Origin: Ophelia neglecta
Lineage: Eukaryota
Length of the DNA stretch: 64,000 nt
NCBI GenBank assembly: GCA_965285935.1
Contig: OZ260665.1
Location: forward strand, 44,392,001 to 44,456,000
Reading direction: 5' to 3'
This document shows positions 36,317-47,221 of the stretch, piece after piece. A model generated the notes under the pieces. It was not told the DNA's origin and did no database searches. It was given only the letters and a program-made list of their open reading frames with translations. Numbering within the stretch: the first letter of the stretch is position 1; each line of letters opens with the position of its first letter. The position numbers and the translations under genes are program-made.

Positions 36317-38771
36317 AGTTTAACTTGCCGAAAGGTCACGGTAGGCCTGCGCAGTGATATTGTGAAACGATCATTTAATGTCATCATTTAAAAGTGAACA
36401 GCTTTTTTTCCAAACAATTGCCTGCTTGAGTGTAAGATTGTGACCACCAAGTTTCAACGACGTCCGTAGCAGGCAATAAGCACATTAAAACCTTAGAACT
36501 ATACCATGCCTACAGCATGGGCAGCTTACACTGGGTGATCTTCAGAGCATAAGCTTGGATGTATATTGGCTAGCTCCTTTTACAAAAATGCAGGTGTTTT
36601 TTTCAAGAAAAGCAGGAAATGGTCTTTACAAAGCCTAATTCATTTGAAAGAGAAATAAATACAAACAAATAATTTGAAAGTTAAGTTTACCCATGCAGTT
36701 ACCGGAGTGACCAGACTATTCCAATATTTTTTTCATTTAATTTATTCACTGTATAACATACGCTCTTTAGATAGGTTTTAGCACATAGGAATTCCACCAG
36801 ATGCGAATTTAGTAGTTGACATAAAACAGTATCAGATTAATTTTATGAACTAATCTGGAGAGCATGCTTTTTGTGCTCTTCGCGGGCATGTTATTCCTAA
36901 GATTACTGTAAAAAAAAAAAAAAAATAATCTTAAGTGTTAGTGTATATAATGAAAAAATTTCCCGATGCATCCCTGATTGTCAGATTGCTGATAGTACAG
37001 GCCTACTAATGTGTTGACGTAAAGCACAAGACAAATATCTTGAGTTATTTATCGGCGAAGCATACAGTTTATCTTTATACACCGAATAGCTGTTTACATG
37101 TGTGTTGGTTTCCCAGGGGCTACCTTCCCTGGATGCTATTTCTAAATAGTGCAGGTGACCCGAGCCCGCTGTTTGACGTACCTGGGCACTTTTGTACTAA
37201 GGGGCTGTCATGGTTCTTTTAACTCGGAATGTATTTGACTTAAGATCACCTCAAAAGTTATAATTTGTCCTTCGGCAGTCGATTTTGTAACATAGTTCTA
37301 TGTTTACATCATGATCATGATGTTTTTTTCCCTCAGCAAGTCACGCCTTCAGTCTCTTTTCTTTCTTTGTATGAAGGTAATCGCAACATAGCTTAGCACA
37401 TGTTTTGTTTTAGCAATGTTACAAGGGGGACATTGTATTCAATTCAATTTCTTGAACTGGAGTATGTTGGAATATTTAAATGCCTAGAGTAAAACGTTCC
37501 ACTGCCACTTTCGGTTTTATGACCATAAAGTTAATCCCTTTCTGATCAGACAAGTTGCATTGGATATGGCCCTTCAATTTTTTACTACTGAAAATCAAAA
37601 TATTTTGGCGGCTTGAAATAGACACACAGTTTTAAGCGGCAGGAAATTTTGGCGGTCTAGTCGACGTTGATCAGGCATACTCTGTTGGTCCAAATGATTG
37701 TTTTTGGGTTTGGGAAAGGAATTTTAGCAATAAATTAATGAGCATTCGCATAAGTTTCCTGGTTGCCAATATTTTCTCCCTTGCAGTAGCCAATGCACAC
37801 GTATAAACTTGATTGCTTTGGTGTTTGTATTTAAAGATTTCCAATGGGGAAGTTCGGGTGATATATTTGGTCGACGCACTCGACAAAATCAAGCTGGACA
37901 AGATATGGAACGCTTCCAAGCTCACCTACGGAACGTTGGGCGTCTTCGCATTAAACACATCGAATAGCTGTAGTGCAGAAGTTTCTTGGGTTGTGGACGA
38001 AACACATACCTGAAGTTGGCACTTGAAAGGGCTTGTTATCGGTTTCAGCCAACTTCTCGATGTACTATCACTTTACTGTCATTCAACAATAGAAAGAATG
38101 TCAATCACTCACTGGAAGCGAATGAAATCATCGATCTGGCCCTTTATACATGCTTAATTGCACCAACGCAATTTATTCAAAGTCGATTGGACGAGTACCA
38201 TCATTAGGTCATCATAATATCTTAAAGTTGGTGAGTAATAACATCTTCGGTTTTTTCCACTAACAGCGATTTTAAGTTAAATACTTTTCAGCCTCAAGAT
38301 TGCGACTCGTTCATAATTCACCTTCAATTATAATTACAGTTGGTGATAGTACCGTGTTTTCCTCTCCAGTCTTCTTGGTGGATACATGCATCAAGTAAGC
38401 CCCGGGGGTAGAATTGTTTACATGCTCTTTATGCCGGACGCAGAAGATGAATAGCTGCCAATGAATGTTGTTGGCAACTGGCCCAATAAATGTTTCAAAC
38501 TATGGACTTTCCTAACACATCATAAATACCTTTATAAATACAATATACCTAACGGAAAGTTATTCAATGCTCGCAATGCTTGCGTAGACTCGTTTTCTTC
38601 ACTGGGTTGCTTAATGCTGTTTGGAATTCGTTTGAATTGTTAACTAAGGGTCCAAATAAGCTATGCAATATACGGAACCACTACATTGTTTAAAACTATT
38701 GAACGTTTTTTGCCGAGGTAATTCCCGGACATAGTAAAATTCCGCCCTCTATAGCGACATTGAATTTACAG

Positions 38772-39422
38772 ATGGAACATCATGAAATGAGCTCGGTTGA
38801 GGCCTCCATGAAGCCAAGTTACTACAGGACAGCGTGGGAACTTTTAAAATCCTTCTGGTATGCCTTGAAAATAAACTGGACAAAACCTGTATACGAAGGT
38901 GCCCCATACTATGACGCCCAGTTAATGTCTCTACATGGAAAGGAATGTACACTTTCAGAATTTGTCAGCGAAGGGCGTCCCCTGGTCGTCACCTTCGGCA
39001 GCGTTAGCTGATATCCGTTCGTCGATGTTTTGGAGGACTTCTCCACTATATCGAAACAATTCTCGGATATTGCCAATTTTCTTTTAGTATACATAGAGGA
39101 GGCTCATCCTATTGATGGCGCCTACTTTCAGAGAGCGACCAAAATAAGGCAACATCGCACACTATCTGACAGAACAGCTGCAGGAAAAATCCTTATGAAC
39201 AAATTTCCTGACCTACCAATTCCGCTGGTACTCGACAACATGGCCAACTCCGCAAACCAGGCTTATGCTGCCCTGCCTATGAGAGTCTATATCATAGAAA
39301 AGGGCATCATAGCTTACGCCGGGGGAATAGGGCCTTTCTTTTATAACTTGGATGACGTCCGAAAATGGCTTCAACTGTACACGGAAAAGGTGGACAACAA
39401 AGAAGGAAATCAAATCTCCTAA
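38772..39422 (+). CDS. Iodothyronine deiodinase-like selenoprotein, 216 aa from ATG 38772, Sec at TGA 39009-39011
   Basis: ORFs 38760-39011 and 39030-39422 are in the same frame, separated only by TGA in RPLVVTFGSVS-U-YPF. Further deiodinase motifs: FLLVYIEEAHP.DG, IRQHRTLSDR, DNMAN...YAALP.R.YII, GGIGPFFYN...VRKWL. SECIS lies downstream. The true start is uncertain because the ATG follows an acceptor-like TTTACAG. Confidence 0.92.
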
Positions 39423-39567
39423 CTGCTGAATCAAAGCAGTTTTTCGTTAATTTATTCTATGTGAACGCAGCTACCCTGAACAGGGGAGACTTAAATTTAA
39501 GACTTATCGGAACTAACGGGTAATAATCTTGAAGATAGGGTGTGTATGCTCCCAGGGTTTATTGTGT

Positions 39568-39630
39568 TATGTGGCTTCATGACGGATACGCTGAAAGTGT
39601 TATATCACAGGCAAATCTCGATTTCACATA
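39568..39630 (+). promoter_or_regulatory. Type II SECIS element in the deiodinase 3' UTR
   Basis: Helix I TATGTGG/TCACATA. Core ATGA (39579-82) and GA (39620-21). Helix II GGAT..GCT / GGC..ATCT. Unpaired AAA at 39594-96, 11 nt after ATGA. Apical mini-stem GTG-TTATAT-CAC. AATAAA at 39851. Confidence 0.85.
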
Positions 39631-42600
39631 GGCATTAACTCTCGGTGCATCTACCATTTATCTTCTTTGTACATGTTTATGCTTAGGAAATTAATTTTGT
39701 GTTTGACTGAGATATAATAACAATATAATCACAATTTGTTGACTTAACACATATAGTTGGTAGAATGCCTTTTAAGTGATTTTTCACGCCAATTAACACT
39801 TTTTTTCCAGCTGTTATACAGGCTAACACAATGCCAAAATGCCTAAATAGAATAAAATGACTATTCGGAACGCTCTTCCCCTTTCGTCCTACTTTGAATG
39901 AGGATATGCATTGCCAATGATTATATGTACATGTATTATGTATTATATATTATACTGTAACGAAGTACCACTGGGATTTTTTTTAGAAGGAACATTGTAT
40001 CTGTGAATCTTCTAAGAAGCGATTGTATTATTTTGAGATAACAGCAAACTCCAAATGCATTCGATATTTCCAAATAATAACATTTAAAGAAATTCTAAGC
40101 ACATTAGGTGTTTTGCCTGGAAAAAGAATACATGCACATCTATATTATTTTTCTGTTGGGCGCCTTTTCCGGCTTGTTTGCTCATTTATGACATTTGACA
40201 TGACATTTCTTTACCAATTCAAAGGCAATAGGCTTATAGTCGTTATTTCCATCCCGTGTTAAGGCCATCAATGAAAAAAGAACGATTGCGTGTTTGTTAA
40301 GTTTATCGTTACATTTCATGAAGAAAAACATCCAATAGACCTTTAGCCTTAAAATCTGCTGCACTTTAAAGTTTGCATTTGACTTACTTGAACAATGTGT
40401 ATACATACAGCGTATTTTTTAATTTAATGAGAATATTGCGATTTATTGATAACCGTTATTTTCATCGTATATTCATGAGTGCTGATACCACCTCCTGCTA
40501 TCACGAGCAGTAAATATGGAAATTTAAAACGGCTATTATTGTATTAAGGATCCAATATTATTAATCACGGTCTTTTGAAATTACTTATAAAAGCCAAGGT
40601 TATTTAAAGAAAGTTCTTAGCAATGAGTCATAATGGGTAAGAAATAACAAGTACTACAAACAAAAAAGGAAGGATATATGAATTGTGGAAGTCAACAAAT
40701 ATTACCAATAGTCAATGTGTGTGTGTGGGCGAAATAGAAATTTGGTCCATAAGCACTTAGGTTACCCTTGCCTGTTATATAATATAAGAGCGAGGTTAAG
40801 GGTACCCGAGGTAGTGTCAAGGAGATCTCGTTTCAACAGTAGCGATAAAATTCTTTATTTGTTATTTAATACTAACAAGTGTTTCAATGTCTATGAACGA
40901 TTTTTTATTTCGAAATTACTCTTCCGCTTTAGAGTTTTTTTTATAACTTATATCACGTTTGTTTCTATCGCAAATCACCGCCTGCTGTAAATTTCATGTG
41001 AATCAAAACGCATTCAACTTGCACCTACCCTGCTCTCAGACGACAACAAGTTGCTCATAAGATCACTCGCTGTATCGATCTTACGCATTACAACTGTGAG
41101 CAGGGTTGCTTGTACCTAACCTTTGCAACAGTATTTCAGTCCGAAGTCCATACTATTCAGTTACGTTTGATGGCGCATTTAAACATATTTTGGCTGCAGG
41201 TAATTATTAAGAAGTCGTTTCAGCCTATCACTGGATATTAAGTGGGAGCTACTGATTTGTGGTGAGACGGTTGGCCTTCAAATGGAACAGTATACAAATA
41301 TGCCTAGTTTTGTGACAGCCCCAAGCACTCCCTCATCTGAGTGGGGGGCAATATTCCTGCACTTATCACTCATCCAAAGGAGACCCTGGCAGACTACCAA
41401 GAAAGTTTTACTTTGATTTAGAAACTACTTCAAGAGGTACATGCGAAGTGATAAGAGTAAGGCAGAGTACCCAAATGTAACAAATGCATGTATTCTATCA
41501 TAAATATTATTATAATTTAGGAATCAATTAGGAGTAATTATATGTTAAAAACGACTTGAAAATACCATTACTTTCAAATCAACCAATTATAAAGCAACGA
41601 TAAAACAAAATAAACTACAATATCTTATGTTCATGTTCATGATATAGTGATTTTATCTAAATCGGACTAAGGGCTACAAATTTGCCTAAATAGTTTAAAG
41701 AAATGATATTTGGAAAATGTAGGTAGATCGCGAAAAAATAACAAAATTTGATACATTTAACAAAGCTAATCGCCTTCTCACAAAACAGTCGTTTATCAAT
41801 GTAATTAAGTACCTTGGTATTGGCCTCACAAATAATGGTTTATTTAACTCCTCTATTACTAATATGCACCAAAAATCTGCCAAAGCTTGTTTTAATTTGA
41901 TGTCAATACTCTGCAATACAAATGTGGTACCAAAAGTAGGAATGAATCTGTTTGGCACTATATAGCTCTGAAAGTTGGGGAGCAAACCTACTTAGGGCAC
42001 TTGGAAAACAACAAGGCGAATTAGAAAACTTTCCAGCTAAAAAAAGGCTTGGCTATGCAATATTTTTCTCAGGGTGCATAAACATACCAGAAATAACTCT
42101 ATTCGAGGAGAACCTGGCCTGCATCCAATCGCTCACGATGCAGTAAAAATCCTCCTTCAGGCATAACCAATATATTATGAATGCTTAAGAGGACTCTCGT
42201 TGCTTGTGCTACCCAGGAAGAGTGTAATAAGTGGATTGAATCTGGGGAAAATTTTGCAAAAATCATAAATGTAAATTTGCAGCAGCTTGATATTTTTATT
42301 TAAAAAAAACTTAGAAATACATACTCAGAAAAATGGAGAAATTCCATCGGAAATAGTAAGAAACTCCGCACATATTCAACTTTAAATCTGACCTACATTA
42401 TGAAAACTACTAAACGGATGTTCTTAATGTAAAACATACAAGACTTTAACAAGGCTGAGAAGTAGTTGCCTTTTCTCAAAATCGGATCTGGGTTTTGAAA
42501 TAAACCTGGGAGTACCTCTTTTAACAAATCCTTTAGCTTGTATTCATTAGTGATATCTCGAGGATTTACAAATATGTTTACTGATGATAGATTCATCCTT

Positions 42601-43311
42601 CTTCGAGTACGATTCTATTGATTTATTCGACATAACTTGCCCTTTTCGATCAAATTAATTTTTTTTAATTCGATATTGATTTCTCGTTATAGTCAAGCTA
42701 GTTATGTTAGGACCAGGTACTGTTACCTATTCGGAATCAAGTGACTTCCTGTTTCCCTATTTGATAGTTCTTACTTATTCGAATGAACTTAGTAATTGTT
42801 TCTCTTTTCGACATTCATTACTTATTTGAGTGAAATTAGGTTATCCGGGTCAACTAAGTTCCCTAGTCAACATTACATAATTATTTGAGTGAAATAACTG
42901 GTTCACTTTAGATAGTAAATATCTTACTACACGTAAGTCGTTAAGATTAAATACTATTTTCCCTCTTTAATGTTCACGTGCCTTTTACATACTAGCTTGT
43001 GTTCGAGTCCCTGTATTCGGCCCAAAAGGAAAGCGCCGAGTGTGAGGACTCGTTTATGGAGACTAGTTCTTCTTTGGCCTCAAATATTGAAAGAGCTTAA
43101 ATATCCTAGTCGCTCCAGGGGCATGTTTCATCACTGGCATACGTTGACCACTGACTCGCCGATATTTTAATTAATGACCATTTGGTAAGTGGATAGCCTC
43201 TATGAGTTATTCACCTTGGGTCATGGTAAATTTGGGGTGATTTCATGGATTTTTCTTGCCCCACGAGCAATTTTGCTTTCTGCCGGGTGCCCACTGACAA
43301 TACCTAACCTT

Positions 43312-44060
43312 TGAATTCCATAGAAACATTATGCTATGGTAAATCCATACTTTGTATTTCTATCAAAACAACGACATTATTTGTTTTATAGAAGTTTCCC
43401 ATATTCGATAATAAATCCGGTAAAACTGCAATGTAGTGATGTCTTCTGTTTATACCATGAATAGGAGCCATGGGCTCCCATCCATGGTATGCAGTGGCGC
43501 CATGGACGCCTGTTTCATAGGTAATGATGTATGTCGCAGATGCTGATGACACATTAAATGTTTGACTACGTAACTATACGACGCCAACATAATTTCTATT
43601 GCACTGTTGATTGGATAGGAAACATATTTCCTGTCCAGATTGCTTTGATCGTTTGCATCTTTTATTAATCTTTTCACTTTACACGGTGTCATTACAACTT
43701 AACAAAAGATTTAATGTAATCGTCTCAGCTTCTTCTCTGGCCGTTTTGTCATACATAAATGTTTGTGATTATATGACTTTTCAACTGTATACCACATTAT
43801 ACGAAACAACTACTTTTTTCACCTTCCAAATGGTATTACAGAACTGGGTCGGTGCCATACCAATGCCTTAATTTATTTCTTTGCGAAGTTGCATTTATGT
43901 GAATCCTGAAAATAAGTCTTGGTCAATCCCGATTTACCTGGTGTCGCTTTAAAGAGCAAGAATGTTGAAGCTCACAGCCATGTGCAGCTTATTCATCGTT
44001 CGTTTGATTCCATGAATTCCATAGAAACATTATGCTATGGTAAATCCATACTTTGTATTT
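43312..44060. repeat. Identical 48-bp direct repeat pair (43312-43359 and 44013-44060)
   Basis: TGAATTCCATAGAAACATTATGCTATGGTAAATCCATACTTTGTATTT occurs twice. Confidence 0.9.
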
Positions 44061-46750
44061 TTTGCCTTTGGATCGGCTATGTGGCTAGTATGGCATCGGC
44101 TTCATACCAATTGGAAATGGTATTGTCAACTGTTCGTCTTTTGTTATTTCAATTGCAAAGCAGAACCAACTTCAAGCCGATACATGACCTGGTATATTAG
44201 TCATTAGTCTTTTGATACGGGTACTATTCCTAATGTGGTTTTGTCTAACTCTTCTTAAGGGATATGTGTATTTCACATGTTTTTCAATAGAATACCCATG
44301 TCACCCTTTTCTTGTTTTGAGAAATGCATTATAATAAAGTATATATTCATTTAAGTCTGAAATGTCATAGCTGTGAGCTATTCCCTTTTATCTTCTGAAC
44401 TAGAGTTATATATTTGGGAGAAATCTATTCGCAGCTATAACCATTATATTTAGAGGTGTTCCTATGTAGAATTTTGTTCGGCGTATGGTCAAATATAATT
44501 ATGGCCGGCTTTTAAACGCAACTTGAAACATCATCCAACACAAGTATAGTTTGCCTTTTTTATAACCTGATTTGTTTACTTGTGTGGGTGGTCTTCTTAT
44601 GCCATGGGCAATAAATACTTTTGAATTGAATTATTACATACATGCATGTGCCTGTATTGTTTCTTTAGAAAGTAAATACAAGTGTCATTGACCTAGAGAC
44701 CACATAAAATATATCTCGGCTGGCTCGTTAATGCATTTCTGAAACGCTGTTATTGCAAGGTATGAGCGATCTGAAGGTAAGACGTCACGGAGATAAAACA
44801 ATGGCGAGGCTTAACGATCTCTTTGTGTCAACAAATCATTAAGTTGGTATGCAGTAACAGTAAATATGAATTAACGAGAATTTGAATATAGGGTACCTTA
44901 TTCAGAAGATCATCCGCTTTTGTAACTCAGAGCAGATATGGGTACTGTAATGTCAACGCTCTGAGGGTATATCTGTTGCAAGTGTTTTTACGGTTTATTC
45001 ATGGACACAACATAAGTATAGGAAGACATAATTAGCCAAACAAGAAGCACCTCTTATGTATTCATTAGCAACTTGTGGTCCGCAGTTTTCAAAATGGCTT
45101 TTAATGGTTTGGCTAGAAGGAGGTTACAGCCACATTATGGCTGATACAAGTCAAGTGAATGCAGTAAAAAGTTATCAGTCAAAATGGGTAAACTACTGAT
45201 ATCACGCTATGGCATACGTTAATGCAACACAAAAAAGTCCATAAGACACTTTTGAAGTTTACCCTTTTTGTGGGGATTTTTTACTTAGATGGTATAAGCC
45301 ATCTTGGGTTAGCAACTTACTTGTTGCCTTCTTTCTATCCTATATGTTTTATACCCAACGAAATTGATGGTTTGTGCAAACGTTCTTGTCTTATCCTCTA
45401 GTCTGCATCACGCACGTTGCCAGCATCATTGCCATTTCATTGGGCAACACTTTTGGAACTTGCTTTCGAAAGTGCTATTGAGGGCATCGAATTATGTAAG
45501 ATGCATATGCTTGTATATATCAAAATTACACCATATACATGGAGATGAACAATGAATAACAGTCCTACATTTGCAAACAGTTTTAATGCATACTATAGTC
45601 AGGTTCATGCTACATTAATTTCAGAACATACATTGGTAAATGATTAAGGAAATCATATATGCAATTATAGGGCAGTGTTCACCTGGAAAAGAAACACAAT
45701 TATTTTCAACCCCCAGGAGCATGCGTTATGCATTAAGAGAGTAACAAATATCCTAAATGACATCTGTTCACACTCTAGCCCGTATACATGCGTGATTTTG
45801 AAACATACGCGATCGAGGGGTTGGTTATGGACTACACAAGTATTGGTCAAATGTGGTTTATAGTTCTTTAAAAAAATAAAAAGTACGTGGACAATTGTGA
45901 AAATATATGTGTAAAATTTAGAAAAAAAGCATGACTATCTCTAGTCATTTTTCTAAAGAAAGTTCTCATCCGCTGATCTGCGTCCTTTGTCATGTAATTA
46001 GTTACGGTGCTCAGATCAGCACATCCCTTCTTACGCCTTATGTTCATCCATGCTTGTATTCTGGTAGCTTCATTCCACCGTACTTTTAAAGAGAAATCAT
46101 CCAAAGATAAATTTCAAGCCCATATATGAACACCAAAGGTAAATAAAACTAACAGACAATATCATTAGTGCCCCTTCTACCACCGAAAAAAATATACAAT
46201 TTGCATACACTCGTATTTGTGTTGTAAGAAATTGCCTGAAGAGGCCGACAAGCCATTGCTCTATAAAGGGATATAACAATATAGCAACATAAAGGCATAT
46301 GTCAGGCCTAATGGCCAAAACTCAGTTTCTAAAGTAACAAAATTGTAATAATTTTTAGCATTTTTGAGCCTTCATAAACGACGTTAATTATAAATATAAA
46401 GTTCGAAAATGTTCCTCATTATGACGAGTTTAAAAAGCACTTCAGGGTGAAACAGCTACTGGAAATATATATTTCACCATTAAGTTAGCCCACATTACTG
46501 AATTATAAATGTTGTCTTGTGCCCTCAAAATAATACACAAAATAGAAATGTAAAAATCAACTAGCTTTCCGCGGTTTCAATGGTTTGCCGACAACAGACA
46601 ATACGACTTTAATCCACTTAAAATATTGGTGTAACCTTATAAACGATATACATGGTAGTATCTGTAGTCAATACACAACAGAACTTCTTCTTGCCAATAA
46701 TCCTGATAAACTTGCCACTCATACAGAGACATCTACACGAATGGGAGTTT

Positions 46751-46935
46751 TCAAACCTGTGCTTTTAAATCTTTAAATGCCAAGTAGTAACAAAATGACA
46801 CGAAGTCTTCTTATTAGCTGGCAAATAACATAAAATATCCTCAAACCTGTGCTTTTAAATCTTTAAATGCCAAGTAGTAAAAAAAATGACACCAAGTCTT
46901 CTTATTAGTTGGCAAATATCCTCAGACCTGGGCTT
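46751..46935. repeat. ~85-90-bp tandem duplication downstream of the raftlin-like stop (probable 3' UTR)
   Basis: TCAAACCTGTGCTTTTAAATCTTTAAATGCCAAGTAGTAA...AAGTCTTCTTATTAG.TGGCAAATA starts at 46751 and 46841, with a partial third copy at 46922. Confidence 0.85.
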
Positions 46936-47221
46936 TCCCACACACAAATGTTTCCGTACAGATTGGCGCTCGCTGGCTAGAAGTACGTCGTGTTAAAACG
47001 GGACAGTTCGCCATGTGATTCTTTTTCTCTCGGTGAGTAAAATTTAGCCTGAGGCAAACTCCGCCAGCTTCAAACTGCCTTGACAGGATATCCCCCTTTC
47101 AACCAACGAGGAACATGCACGCGTTCCCCGTCTAGTTCCATCCCAGAGTTTCGGCCGTGACCGCCGAACACAAAATCTCTCTTATCCATTGAACGAATTT
47201 TTATTCCGTTCGACCGTGTGT

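Noticed and set aside
38663-38754. Upstream ATG exon joined to the deiodinase through a 37-nt GT-AG intron
   Set aside because: In frame, but the intron is implausibly short and the added peptide has no deiodinase-like TM helix.
38760-39422. Two separate ORFs or a pseudogene with a premature stop
   Set aside because: The TGA is at the Sec position, the frame is preserved and a SECIS is present.
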